DNA of 64,000 nucleotides, from assembly GCF_009914755.1 (NCBI RefSeq), contig NC_060925.1. One strand, given 5' to 3'. Below, one piece after another: positions 1 through 14,865 of this stretch (position 1 is its first letter; each line of letters starts with the position of its first letter). The translations under genes and the position numbers were made by a program. Origin of the DNA: the human T2T-CHM13v2.0 reference genome, Homo sapiens. The notes under the pieces were generated by a model. The model had not been told where the DNA came from and did no database searches. It worked only from the letters and a program-made list of their open reading frames with translations.

Positions 1-123
<123 letters not shown>

Positions 124-937
124 TAAGTATATTGTCCCCATTACCACATTATATCCTGTTCTTGATCCTTTCTACCTCTTGTTCCCCTGGTTGTGGACCA
201 TGTCAGCCTGTGGTTATAAAATGGCTGCATTGTTAAGAGAAGTGTGTGCCTCTAATAGAATATTGTTGATTTGACAGCTAATGCATTCTAACTTTGTACC
301 TTTTATATCTCTTAGATCAGGTGAGAGTGAGAAGAAAATCACAGAGCCATCTCTGCCTACCCTTTTTCTGTCATTTTCTATGTGTGATCTGGCTACAGTG
401 CAATTTTCTTATGACATCCCACTTGGCACTTTTCATTCTTTTCTTTTGTTTGCATGTCTTAAAGCATAATGAGAAAAAAAAAACCACAATTAAGGTCACT
501 CAGTGATTTTGGTAAGATTGCTGCTCTCCTGACAACTAACTAACTAAACTGCTAATGTAGGTACAACTTATGAATATACCCAAGAAGTTACCACAGAAGA
601 AAAAAGGAGGAGAACTGAGTTTTAGTTCTGGCTCTCCACTAACTAGCTTTATGACCATTATTTAGAAGAATACTTATGTATTCACTCATTCATTTATTCC
701 CACAGCCATTCATTCATTAACTTTTTGTCCAGCCTCAGCCCAAGAGAGAGAGATTTAACCTGTAGGACACAATCCTTTCTTCTTAGAATGTTAGAACGTA
801 TCTCAATGTACTCATTAATAAAACAAGAAGATGAAGTTAGTACTGGTTGATCTAAGTCCAGCTCTAAAATACTATCTATTAGTGATATCTTTTACTGAAA
901 TTTCATTTTTTTTTCTTTTTATGCTGGGTTGACTCTA

Positions 938-1100
<163 letters not shown>

Positions 1101-1979
1101 TGAATAGCATTCTTTTCCATATAATTATTTATTTCCAATTTAAATATAATTATTCCTTTCCAGTTTTAATGATCATGATCATGTGTGAATTCGTAAAGAA
1201 ATGATCATGAATTTCATAGGAAGATGCCATAAGTAAACTCTTAGCATCTGAAATGATTAAGAGGATTTGAGCCTGCTGAGGGATTACTTACTTTAGTTGC
1301 CAGTCCTAGAGGTAATAACTGATTAAGAAGTGCTGAAAAATGAGTGGTTATACTTTAGCTTAAAAGAATGATGCAGATGTCTAATGAATGCATTAGAAAA
1401 AATATCCAAGGACAGGATCATTACAAAGACAGGGATTTCTCTCTTTTTACCCGTGAGGTACAAATAAGATAATTCTGTTATTTTGGAGCTTTATTCTTGA
1501 TCAGATTCTCATTGTCTTCCTCTATTTCTCTGTTTTGCATTTTATGTGCCTGTAGCCTGGAGCTTTGTGCCATGTATCTGCCAGGTTCTCATTATACTAA
1601 TTGCTGAAGTTGAAGAAATGGTCTTAGGGTTAAAAAACCAAATACTCCTAAGCCTAGTTCTTTAAGCCATTTAATCAATGTCTTAAAATTATTGCTTGTC
1701 ATTTAATAGGTATTGCTATACCTATTGCCCCAGGCATTCTGCTAAGTACAGCTCGCAAGGTGAGGAGATATAGCAGAGAATTCTACCAGTCAAGGTCACC
1801 TAGCTTTCTCAGGGTGTCAGATAACACAGCCCTCATGTTTCATGGCTGCATACTCCCTCCAACCTCCCTATTATACTCTTTCTCTCTGCCATATCTCAAA
1901 ATAGTAAGAGAAGAAATTAGAGTTATGAGGCAAAGGCACTCTAGGCTGAAGAAAGGCTTTTAAATTTATAGATACTTAA

Positions 1980-4257
1980 GCTGTATATAAAGAACTCTCA
2001 AAACTCAAGAAAACAACTTAATATAAAATGAGTAAATGATTTGAACAGAAAGTCCTCCAAAATGATATACAGATGGTGAATATTCCTCATGATCATAAAC
2101 ACAGAGTTCTTAAAGAAACATTGCATATCAAATCCAGCTGTATAAAAAAGATAGTGCATCATGACCATCATGGCTCAATATTAGAAAATCAATATAATTC
2201 ACCAAATTAACACAAAAAGTAGAAAAATTATATGATTATCCCAATAGATGTACAAAAATTTGACAAAGTTTAGTACCCATTTTTAATAGAAACTTTCAAT
2301 AAACTAGAAATAGAAGGAAATTTCCTCATTCAGATAAAAATAATCTATGAAAACTCTATAGCTAAAATTATATTTAATGGTGATGCTTTTCCTGTAAGAT
2401 CAGGAACAAAACAAGGGTGTCTACTCTCACTACTTCTAATATTATACTGGAAATCTTAACCAGTGCAATGAAAAAAAAAGAAAGAAAAAAAAACTTAGAA
2501 CTAAAGAGTGAAATTAGTAAGATTGCAGGATACAAAGTCAGTTTTCAGAAATTTTAGCAAAATTTTAAAATTCTGCTAATTAAAAGACACACAGTATATA
2601 TATCTGACAAAAGACTTGTACACATATATTAAAAAGTATAAATAAGCAATTTTAAAAATTAATTTTTGAATGGGCAAAAGCCTTGGCCAGATATCTCATA
2701 GAAGGTAATATATGTATATGAAAAGATGTCCAACATCATTAGCCATCAGGGAAATAGAAATTGAAACCACAATGAGATACTATTTTATGTCAACCAAAAT
2801 GGCAAACAAAAAAGAAGTTTTACTACAAAATGCTGGCAAAGATATGGAGCAACTGGAACTCTCATGTGTTAACCAATTGGTGTATAATTGTTTGGCCATT
2901 TCTCATAACGTTAATCTATATTTAACTCTATGACCCAATGATTTCATTTCTAGGTATTTAAATAAGGGAAATGGAAACATTTGTCTACAAAGACTTGTAC
3001 AAGAATATTCACAGTTGCTTTATTCATAGTAGCCCAAAATTAGAAATCATCCAAATGTCCGTCAACAATTTATGAGTGAATATATCATAATATGTTCATA
3101 AAATGAAATACTAGCCAGCAATAACAAAGAATGAATTACTGATATACTCAACATAGATGAATATCATATTATTGTAAGAGGAAAAAAAAAGCCAGACACA
3201 AAATAATACATGCTGTATAGATAAAGCCCAAGAACAAGCAAAACCATTCTGTGGTGATAGAAATCAGAAAGCAATTGCTTCTGAGGTGTGTCAGGGAAAA
3301 CTGACCCCCCAAAAAAGCATGACAGAACTTTCTAGAGTGTTGGAAATGTTCTGTATCTTATCTTGGGTTGTGTTTACACAGGAGCACAATCAGTTGTAAT
3401 TCCATATACTAGCCTTAAACAATTAGAAAATAAAACCTAAAAAATTATACCATTTACAATGTATCTGGTAACTTCAGGTTAGAGATGTGCAATATCTCTA
3501 CACAGAAAACCGAAGAATTTTTTTTATTGAGAGAAATTAAAGAAGATATAAATAAGTGAAAAGATAAAGATTATCTTGAATAAGATCAAAGCTGGAGGAT
3601 TTACACTCCCAGATATGGATTCATTTTAAAACTGCAGCAATTATGATATTGAGATATTGGTGTCAAGACAGACAAATTAACCAATAGAATAGAATATAAA
3701 GTGCAGAAACAAATTCAAAAATATACAGACACTTGATTTATGATAAAGGTGACATGTTAGAGCAACAGGAAAAGGTCTTTTTAGTAAATTCTGCTGGGTC
3801 AACTGGATATCTATATGGGGAAAAAGAAGAACCTTGGCTCCTATCTCACAACCTATTTTTTAAAGGAATTCCTGATGAGTTGTTGATTCAAATGTGACAG
3901 AAAAATCAGTGAAGCTTCTGGAAGATAACATAAAATAATGTATTCATACTTTGAAGTTAACAAAGATATCTTAAGTGGTACATGGAAAGCATTACCTATA
4001 ACTGAGTTGAAATTGTAAAATTCTCTTCATCAAAGACACTATTAAGAGAGTGAAAATGAAAACCACAAGAGTAGGAGAATATTTACATCACATAATAATG
4101 GGCACTGTACTTGTACCCAGAATACTTACACTCCTACACATTAACAATAAAAAGACAATCTGATAAAAAATGTGTAAGAAACATGAAAAGACATTTCATA
4201 GAAGAGAATGTACAAATGGCCAATAAACATACGAAAAGCGATTCACCCTCATTAGCT
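1980..4257 (+). mobile_element. Stacked old L1 (L1M-type) fragments, ORF2 and 3' end
   Basis: Degenerate ORF2 motifs such as aagatcaggaacaaaacaagggtgtctactctcac and MKRCPTSLAIREIEIETTMRYY. Confidence 0.8.
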
Positions 4258-5405
4258 ATTTCTTATCTTTTGGTACAGCTATCTGTTGGAGATATACCTG
4301 TGAGTGGAACAGTTGGGTATGTGTGCATTCAGAGTTAGAATTATTAAACAGTTTTCCAAAGTAGATATGCCTGTTTATGTTCTCATCAGCAATGGTTTGT
4401 CAGTCTCTTAAATTTAAGCCATTAGATTTTTTAAGTGATAACTTGCTTTATAGTTTTAATTTGCTTTTTCTTGATGACTAAGGTCAATCTTTGTATATTC
4501 TAGATACTAGTCCTTTGTCTGGTAAATGTTTTTCAAGGTTTTTTTCAGTCTATAACTTGTCTTTTCATCCTCTTAATAGGGTCTTTTACAGAATAAAAGT
4601 TTTAAATTTTGATGAAATCCCTTTTATCACTTTTTTCTTTTTGATATTGTCTGAGACTCTTAGTTTAGCCCTAGACTCAATGATTTCTCATATTTTTTTT
4701 TCTAAAAAGTTTATAGTTTTACATTCACATTTAAGTCTGTGATGGATTTTGAGGTTTTTGTTTATTTCATAACGTGTGAGACTTAGGTCAAGCTTCTTTT
4801 TTTTTGGCCTATGCATGCCCAGTTGCTTCAGTACCATTTTCGTTGAAAATTCAGTTTCTCCACTGAATTTTTTCTATAGCAGCATCAAAAATCATTTGGA
4901 TATATTTGTGTTGATCTATTTCTTTGTTCTCTATTCTGTTCCATTGACCTATGTGTCTCCTTCCTTCAATGCCACACTCTCTTGATTACTGGACCTATAT
5001 AGTGAGCCTTAATATTGGAAGAGTGATTCCTTCCACTTTCTCCTTGTTTAACAAAATATTCTTAGCAATTCCACTTTCTTTTCCTTTTCATATACATTTT
5101 AGAGTAAGCCTGTCTAAATCTACAGATAATGTTTCTGGGATTTTAATAGGAAGTATGTTAATCCTCTATATCGATTTGGGGAGAATTGACATCTTTACTA
5201 TTGTTGAGTCTTCTAATCCATAAACATGATATGTCTTTTCATTTATTTAGATCTTCTTTGATTTCTTTCATCAGCATTGTGTAGTTTTCTGGATGCAAGT
5301 CCTTTTTTGTTAAATTTACACCTAAGTACTTATTTTTTTTTAGCAATTATAAATGGTATTTATGTCCATATGTTCATTGCTGGTATGTAGAAATACAATT
5401 GATTT

Positions 5406-5715
<310 letters not shown>

Positions 5716-8199
5716 ACAATTGATTTTTCTGTTTATTTTGTATCCCGAAACCTAGGAGTTTTATATGGGAGTGTGTGTGTGTGTATGTATGTGCAAATTC
5801 TTGGGGATTGCTTTTTCATCCACAAATAGGACAATTTTATTTTCTTTCTAATCTATATACCTTGTGTTTCCTTTTCTTCCCTTGTTGGACAGGCTAAAAC
5901 TTCCAGCGCTGTGATGAGTAAGAGTGATAAGAGCAGACATCCTTGTCGTGCTCCCAGTCTTGGAAGGAAAGCATCCAGGCATTCACCTGGATTAAGTATG
6001 TTAATTGAGGTTTTCTATAGATGTTCTTTATCAGGTCGAGGCGGTTCCCCTCTATTTCTGTGTTTCTGAGGGTTCTTATCATGAATGAGTGTTGAATCTT
6101 GTCAAATACTTTTTTGGCATTGATTGATATGATCACATGATTTTCTTCTTAAGATTGTTAATATGGTAGATTGCATCGATTGTTTTTTGTATATTGAAGA
6201 AGGCTTATGTCCCTGGAATAAACACCATTTGGTCATGGTGTGTAATTCTTTTTATATATTGCTGAACTCTGTTAGTTAAAAATTTTTATGTCCATATTCA
6301 TAAGTAACATTGGTTTGTAGTTTTCTTTTTTTTGTCTGTTTTGTCTGGGTTTTGTGTCAGGATAATACTAGTTTCATGAAATGAATTGGGAATTGTTCTT
6401 CTCTGTTTCCTGGAAGGGATTGTGAGAGCTGGTGTGAATTCTTAAAATGCTTGGTAGAATTCTCCAGTGAAATTATCTGGGCCTGGGGATTTCTTTTTAA
6501 AATTATGAATTCAATTTCCTTAATAGATATAAGGCTATTTGAATAATCCATTTCATATTGGGTGAATTATGGTAGTTTGTTTTTTGAGGAATTAGTCCGT
6601 TTCATCTAAATTGTCAAAATTATGTTTGTGGAGTGTGTTTTTTTTTTTTTAAAGTATTCCTTTATGTTTGCAGAGCCTGTAGTGATTTTCTTGGCTTCAT
6701 TTCTGATGTTAGTAATTTGTGTATTTTTTTTTCCCTTTGTCAGTCTCCCTAGAAGTTGGACAATTTTATTGATATTTTCAAAGAATCAGCTCTTTGTTTC
6801 ATTAATTTTCTCCTTATATTTTTGTTTTTAATTTCATTGGTTCATGTTTTTATATTTATTATTTCCTTCTGCTTCCTTGTAGTTTTCAGTATTTTGGCAA
6901 TGTGTCTAGGTGTGGATTTCATTGGAATTATCCTTTTTTGAGGTTTACTCAGCTTCTTGAATGTTTAGGTTTATGTCTTGTCAAATTTGGAAGGTTTTCA
7001 GCTATTATTTACTTAAGTGCTTTCTCAACCCTGTCCTCTTTTTCCTTTCCTTCTGGAACTCTGTTGACATGAGTGTTAGGTTTTTGTTATAGTCCCACAG
7101 CTCTCTGGGACTCTCTTCATCATTTTATTTTTAGTTTATTTTCTCTTAGTTATTCAGATTGGGTAGTTTCTACTATTCTATCTTCCCCTTTACAAATTCT
7201 CTCATCTCTCCATTCTGCCATTTAACCCACTCACTGAATTTTACATTTTGGTTATATGCTATTCTAAACTTTCTGTTTGGTTTTCTTTATATCTATTTCT
7301 TTGCTGAAACTTCCTATTTTGTCAGTTGTTTCATGTGTCTTTGTAATTGTTTGTTGGGGCATTTTTATCATGGCTACTTTTAAATCTTTGTCAAATTATT
7401 CTAACATCTCTGTCATCTTGGTGTTGGCATTTAGCGATCATCTCTTTTCATTCAGTCAATGTCAATGTGAGAAAATGTTAACCTGGACATTTTCCTAGTA
7501 TGTTGAGACTCTGGATCTTACTAAAACATTCTGTTGTATCTGGCTTCTTACACTGCTTCAGCAGAGGAAGGTGGTGGCAGCTGGGTTGGGGGGCAGGGGG
7601 TTGCCACATTGCTACTACCAGGTGGAGGCAGGAATCTGGATTCTGTACTCAGCCTCTGTTGATGTCCAAGGCTGAGGGGCTTCTTGTTGCTGGTGGGTGG
7701 AGGTGGGAGTTCTAGTTTTCCATCGGGTCTGCACTGACACTGTGATAGGGGTCACCTTGTTACTGAAGGGTGTTGGTGAAAGTCTTCACTCTCCACTAGG
7801 CCTCCTGTGACACCACTCCAGCTGACAGAGGAGGGTTGCTGGTCACTGCCTGGTTGAGGTGGACTTCCAGGTTCCACCATTACTACCTTAGTGAGGAGTG
7901 GGGCCGAAATTGGGGGATCTCATTATCTGACTCCCAACTTAGCCTTCTTTGACACTTCTGTGGCGAGGGATTGACAAAGGGTAAAGGGGTGCCTACCTAT
8001 AGCCTGGCAGCGTGGAAATCCAGGATCCCCTCTCAGTCTTTGCTGGCTGGCAGGGTTAGGGCCACAGTTTATTTCCTGTGGGGTTTGGCTGGAGAAGAGC
8101 AGTTGTTGAAATGTTTTGTTGTCTACTAGGATACCCTTTTCCTGTTCCTTTGACTAGACAGAGCAGGCTTTTCTTCGGGCTTTAAAAATATCAGCTCTG

Positions 8200-8483
8200 G
8201 GCTGGGCACGGTGGCTCATGCCTATAATCCCAGCATTTTAGGAGGCCGAGGCGGGCAGATCGCATGAGGTCAAGAGTTTGAGACCAGCCTGATCAATGTG
8301 GTGAAACCCCGTCTCTACTAAAAATACAAAAATCAGCTGGGCATGGTGGCATGTGCCTGTAATCCCAGCTACTTCGGAGGCTGAAGCAATCAATTGAACC
8401 TTGGAGGCAGAGGTTGCAGTGAGCCGAGATTGTGCCATTGCACTCCAGCCTGGGCGACACAGCAGGACTCTGTTGAAAAAAAA
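8200..8483 (+). mobile_element. AluS
   Basis: Dimeric Alu; TSD atcagctct at 8190-8198 and 8484-8492. Confidence 0.93.
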
Positions 8484-8789
8484 ATCAGCTCTATTGGCAT
8501 TTTTGAATCATATCTTCTTCAGCCCTAAGACTAGGCTATATAAGGCAAAAGGAAAACTCGAGGAACTCACCACCATTTCGTTACTTAGGTCTCAAGGTTC
8601 CAACCAATCTGCCTTTTTCTTTTCTATTTTTCAGAGTCTTGTTTTTTTTTTTTAAATATATATAGGATTTTAAATTTTACTTATGGGAAGAATAGGGAAA
8701 AGTACATCTACTTTATTTTCCAGAAATGGTGTTATTGCCTTATATTTTAAGGTAATTAGTCTGCCTATAATTTTCGGCATGAAATCTGC

Positions 8790-9286
8790 TGTGGCAGTCT
8801 GAATAATGTCTCCCCAAATACAGGCATATTTTAATCCCTGTGAACCAGCTGTGAATGTTACTGTATATGGAAAAAGGGACTTTGCAGAAGTGATTAAGTT
8901 AAGGAAGTTGATGTGGGGAGATTATCCCGGATTGTTTGGGTGGGCCCAATTAATCACAGTGTCCTTAGAAGAGGGACCCAGGGGGAGCCATTTAGAGGAG
9001 AAGCCGATGTGATGACTGAAACAGATTGGACTGATGCATTTTAAAGATGGAGTAAGGAGCCATAAGCCAAGGAATATGGGCAGCCACTGTAAATTGAAAA
9101 AGGCAAGGAAACAAATTATCTCCTCAAAGCCTCCATATGGAACCAGCTCTGCCTACTGTCACTGCTTTAGCTCAGTGAAACTGATTTCAGACTTCCAACT
9201 CCAGATCTGTAAGAAAGTAAACTGGTGTTCTTTTAAACCACCACATTTACGGTAATGCTTTACAATATCCATAGGAAATTAATACA
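8790..9286 (+). mobile_element. Solo MaLR LTR (MLT1D-like)
   Basis: TG...CA ends, 5-bp TSD tctgc on both sides, MLT1 motifs (aaagggactttgcagaagtgattaagttaagg). Confidence 0.9.
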
Positions 9287-10881
9287 TCTGCTTTGTATAG
9301 ATAGCAAATATGTACAGCAGGAGATGCAGATCCTAGTGATGAACATGCATATTCTGAACTTCTCTTATTCATCATACTTTCTAATTTGGAGTATTTAATT
9401 CCAAATACTCCAAATTAGAAAGTATGATGAATAAGAGCATATAGAGGAGTCGTGTGACTTAAGTGTTATTTAAGGAAGCTTGAGTTGCAACAATGTGTAA
9501 GATGAATTGGGTGGATGGAGATTGGAATCAGAGAGGCTAAAAAGGAGGCTATTATCATCCATCTCAGAGAGACAAGGACTTATCAAAAGAGGATAGAAGT
9601 TGGACTGAAGATTTAGAGATGGGTACCAGGGACATTTCAAGAAAAAAGAAAAAAACAAGGCTTTGAAGACTAACTAATGATCAGAGAGATGAAGAGTATG
9701 AAGTCAATGATGACGCAAAAGCATGAATAAGTAACGTGTTCATTAAGCAAGAAATAAGAGGGTAAAAACGTTTTCTGTTAGGTTTTCACCTGTCAAAAAT
9801 GACTGAACAAGTTAAAGTGATTGTATTCTTTTAAAGGTGAAAAGTCAATCAGTGCTTTTTAGAGAATGTTAATTCCAAATCTCTGACTTTAGAAAGGCTG
9901 GTTTGTCATATCCTCCTAGTCCTTGAGGACCAAAATATGTCCAGGTGCTTGATTGCCATGTCTTAAACAAGCAGCCCTCTTATTCACTGGCAGTAAGAGA
10001 GATGTTTATTAGCATCCTTTTGAGTTGTTGATGAATTTACTTATTGGCTGACCTCTCCTTTGTTACAGTCTGAAATTTTATATTTAAACTTTTAAAGGAT
10101 ATAAAGCTCTCTATTTGCAAAACAACCATCAGGTGTTTTTCTTCTATTTAAAGCTGAAGTTCTTAAACCAAAAATACCATTCTGAATCCCAAATGTGTCT
10201 TCTATCAAACATCCTCAAGGTTCTTAAAATGATGTAAAAATACATCTTTTTGTTTTTGAGCCAACTCTGGACTCAATGTCCTCCGAGACAACCTTTAGAA
10301 GTATAAAGGTGGAGTCAGGCTGCTTTTACAACTTGGTTGATTCTATTTATTGAACATTTGCTGTGTGAATGTTCCCCTGACCTTGGGTATCATTATCTAT
10401 CTGTGATAGATAACCTATATCACAGATAGATAGATCTATCTGTGACAGATAACCTATATCACAGATAGATCTATCTGTGACCTCGGGGATCATCATCTGT
10501 TAAAGCTTTCATTCATTATAAAGGGATCATTGAGGGACTAGTGTGGGGCTCCCACGGGGATTTTCAGCTCACGGAGATCCTTTATTTATGGGTCTCAATA
10601 TGGCATTGTTTTTGTTTTACATTTCCTTCTGAGACAGAGAGAACTCACATAAAGCCTAAATCTGGCTCTTGCAGGAAGTTTTGGCTCTGTAAAGCAGAGC
10701 TTCCATTTTGAATGAGGTTATCTTTATGAAGCACAGTATTATGGTTGAACTCTTTTTCATTCTTAAATCCATAAATCAAAAATTCCCCTGTTCTACTTTA
10801 TTACAATAGATGTTTTCATCAGCTTCTACTGAGTTGGATATTTTCAGAATTCTAACTTTGTTGCAAGCCTTCCATTGTCTT

Positions 10882-11040
10882 CAGTGCTTCTCAAACATGA
10901 AAATGCCTAGGAATTGTTGGGGGATCTTGTTCAGTGCAGTCTCTGATTCAGCAGGTCTGAGGTGAGACCTGAGAGTGTGCATTTCTAACAGGCTCCCAGG
11001 TGGTGTGCTGCTGCTGGTCCCTGAACCATATTCAATAACA
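10882..11040. mobile_element. MER5-type hAT DNA transposon fragment
   Basis: cagtgcttctcaaac...tgattcagcaggtctg...tgcatttctaacaggctcccaggtg. Confidence 0.7.
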
Positions 11041-11308
11041 AGGGTGTTTGGCTCATCCTTACTCTGTAAATATCAACTTAGGCTACATCTTAATTTGGTG
11101 CCAATAGTATTTCGTAAGTTTCACAATTGGATTGAGCTAGATCAGAAATTAATAGTTAAACCATTGCTTTTTTATTTCAGGAATTAGCAAAAATAAGATG
11201 AAAAACATCTGTTTAGAAAATGGAAAATGCTTGAAAAAGTCTAACACTAATGGTTTGAGTTTTAGTTGAGATTGACTTCTATCATTTCCTTTTAAAAAAA
11301 GTTAATTC

Positions 11309-11522
11309 TTTTTTAAATTTCAATAGCTTTTGGGATACAAGTGGTTATTGGTTACATGGATGAATTGTATAGCATGAACTCCGAGATTTTAGTGCACCCA
11401 TCACCTAAGTACTGTACATTGTACCCAATATGTAGCTTTTTAATCTCTCTTGTCCCCGACCCCACCTTCTGTGAGTCTCCATAGTCCGTTATATTCACTC
11501 TGTGTGCCTTTGCATACCTGTA
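11309..11522 (-). mobile_element. L1MA/L1PB 3' end fragment
   Basis: ttcaatagcttttgggatacaagtgg...ttacatggatgaattgtatag; same family as 44981-45108. Confidence 0.8.
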
Positions 11523-11989
11523 CCATTTCCTTTTATGGTTTTCTTTTAGATACATGCAGTAGGTCAAGGAATATAGGCTAAAAAATTTTAATTATTTATT
11601 TTAAGGGTTTAAAATTTTGTGTTTCCTAAAATACAGAAATTATAATCTGAAATACTATAAAAATCAGAATTTAACAAAACAAGATACAGTGTTTTATTAG
11701 AATTACAAGCATACTGCATAGGTTTGAGTTTACACTATTTACTGAAAATGACATTTTTGTAGTAACACTCAATTATAGAATTTTCTGATTTTCAACAGTT
11801 ACTGCTGCATTATCTGATCCATTTGTTGACTGCCAGTTGATACTGGAACTACTGACTAAGCAAAAATAAAATCCTAATATGGGTTCAAGTATTAAGGATA
11901 ATTAAGTATGTATCAGAATCTTTGGCAGTGGTTGCATCAGAAATTTATTATTAAATACTCATGCCAGTTATTACTCTAGATAGAAGACT

Positions 11990-12700
11990 GACTTTTTAAA
12001 TTAATGTTTTATTATGGTAAAATATGTATAACATAAACCTTACAATTTTAACCATTATTATATGTATAATTCAGTGACTTTATATATGTTCACAATGTTG
12101 TGCAGCCATCACCACTATTTCCAGACTGTTTCATCATTCCAAACAGAAACTTTGTACCCATTGAACAATAAATCACCATTATCTCCACCCCCTACCCAAG
12201 TCCCTGGAAACCTCTATTCTACTTTCTGACATTATGAATTTGCCTGTTCCAGATTCCTCATATAAATGGAATCATTCAATATTTGTCGTTTTGTGTCTGG
12301 CTTATTTTACTTAGCATATTTGCAACATTCATCCATGTTGTAACATGTATCAGAATTTCTTTTAGAGGCTCAATAATATTCCATTGTATGTATATATCCC
12401 ATTTTATTTATCCATTCATTTGTTGATGGACGTTTGAGTTATTTCTACCTTTTGGTTGTTGTGAATAATGCAACTGTTCTGAACATTGGTACACAAGTAT
12501 CTATTTGAATCCCTAGTTTCAATGATTTTGGGTATATACCTAAAAGTGGAGTTACTGGATCATGTGGTAATTCTATGTTTATCTTTCTGAGGAACTGTGA
12601 AACTGTTTTCCTCAACAGCTGTGCCATTTTTCATTCCCACCAACAATGCACGAGGGGTCCAGTTTCTCTGTATCCTTACCATGAATGGTTTTTGTTTATT
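11990..12700 (-). mobile_element. L1MB-type 3' end
   Basis: Typical L1 3'UTR/ORF2 end; minus ORF 12445-12627 reads IELPHDPVTPLLGIYPK. Confidence 0.85.
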
Positions 12701-14865
12701 TTGTTTTGTGTGCTCTGAATAAAACTATATGAAAAAGGTTAGAGATGGGGGAAAAGGTATTGTAAGCAGTAAGAAAGTAAGCAGTGATATATTAGGCTTA
12801 GTTATGAAGTTTGCATTTTGGCATGACACTCCAATGATCTAGCTTCTGATTGTAGGGTTCTATACCTAAACTAGATTTAGTTAGTTGAATCTTTTGGAGA
12901 ATTCCCTTCCTCAGTTTTTTGCTTCTAGCTTCATTTTCTAGTATGTTTCACAATTAACTGCCTTCCCTTATGCTTTCAGAAATTCTCTAAACATCTTCCT
13001 AGTGAATCTTCCACTTGTACCACAGCATTTGAAGAACTCCTTGAATACCTGTTGCCTTCCCGCCCCCTGCATCTTGGTTACTGCTTCCCATCTGTCTTCC
13101 TTTGATAGCAAGGTAGACCATTTTGTTAGCCCACTTCTTTAGGCCAGGAACTGTCTCTGTTTCCATAATAGCTCTGGGCTGGTGGAATAGAAGGTACACA
13201 AAACAGATTGGTACTCAAGTCATGGCTAGAGTAGGCCTAGGCCAAGCTAGAGAGTGGGTTATGTTTCTATTTGGAGTGACCAAACAGTGGCTTTGGATGG
13301 ACTTTGGGGTCAGGGTTGAGTTTTTTGGGAAAATTGTCCAGGATGGAAGAAGGATAAAGATAAAGAGTTCGGTTGGTGTGGAGATGGGATTGGGCTGGGC
13401 TTAGGGAAGTGAAGGAGGACAGGTCAGCCACACACAGAAGCCTGCACAACAGCTTCCATTGTGTTCTGGACTCAGAACTAGGAATATTCACTATAACAGT
13501 GTGACTGACTTGAATTTCATTAGAGGAATATTAAAAGCAGATGTAAAAAAAGACCTGTGAAGGCTCTAGATCAGAATCAACTGTAACTTGGCTCATAATA
13601 AGCCAAGTTATTTCGTTATTTTCTTATGTCCCATGCCTGGCTAGCCTAAACCCAACTAACCCAGGGCAAGGACATGGCTGAAAACAAGGACCCCAGCACT
13701 GGCTATACTTCTTAAGGCTCTATTCAAACCAAGACACATCTCTTCCTGTCATTTTAAAGCACATGCCCTTTTTAGCAGAGGGTCAGTAAATTTCATGCTG
13801 TCTTAGAAAATGCACTATATTCTTGGAGAATGTACTTTGAGCTGGTGTGTTGGCTTCATAAGATTTGATTTTTAAATACTAAATGCTTAAAAATACATGT
13901 TTTACTTCTTTTGTTTGAGATGAGGCTTTTAGGGAGTAATAGACACCACAATAAAAGCTAGCATGGTTTGCATTTTCAATAAAAAGGAATTTGCGTGAAG
14001 TGCTGCTTTTTCTCAAGAAGCACTTGCGTACAGCATTGCTTAGCAACACACAAATCAGCTCTGACACCTTATTCATCTTTAATATTCAGGTTCAAATCAA
14101 GCCTTTCCAGAGATGGGACAGATTGCGTCTTTCAAACCAAGCAAGTGAAAGTTGTCACTTTGTAATTTTCATCTTTAAGTTGGCAGCAGCATCAGAATTT
14201 TCATTTTATAACTTCTTTTGAAATTGGAATTTTTTTCAACTAGCCTCTTATGTCCTTCTCCTCTGTTCTCACTTTGTTTTTTGTTCCTAAAGACTCTTAA
14301 AAGGTCTTTCCTGTATTTTTGGTATCAAATTTAAATTCCTTAGGATGACATGCAAGGCCCATCTCTCATAGCCTCTGCTTCAGCCAAATTAAACAATTCA
14401 TGTTCATAAACATGCTGTTTTCTTTGATATCACTATTTTTCCAGCCCACATTGTTTTCTTTGCTTGGCAATACTCTTAGCTGGGTAAGTCCTGCTCATCT
14501 TTCCAGATACTTCTGGAATGTTGGGGAACTTCTTTTTGATTCCATCAGATTGAGTAAGGGGCCTCTTTTCCTGAGGTCCTGTGCAAATCCTGATCATAGG
14601 GTTTATAATATCGGACTTCATTTGTTTGCTTTTCTCATCCTAAACTAGAAATCCCTTCTTGAGAGACAGGGATTCAGTCTTTCATCCTTATATCCTGTCC
14701 TACCTGTGTGTTTCATTTATCTGAATTTCTTACTATTTATGACAGAGCTGAATCTTCTCTTTTTTTAAAATCATGATTTTTATTCTTTTCAACCTATCTC
14801 TCTCTCTCTGTGTATATATGTATATACAGAGAGAGATATCGAAAGATATAGATATCTATATATAT

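Noticed and set aside
5894-6551. Reverse-transcriptase-like ORFs
   Set aside because: Fragmented L1 ORF2 fossils, not a functional RT system.
10394-10480. Repeat-spacer-like array
   Set aside because: Not CRISPR: eukaryotic intron, spacers identical, no cas genes.
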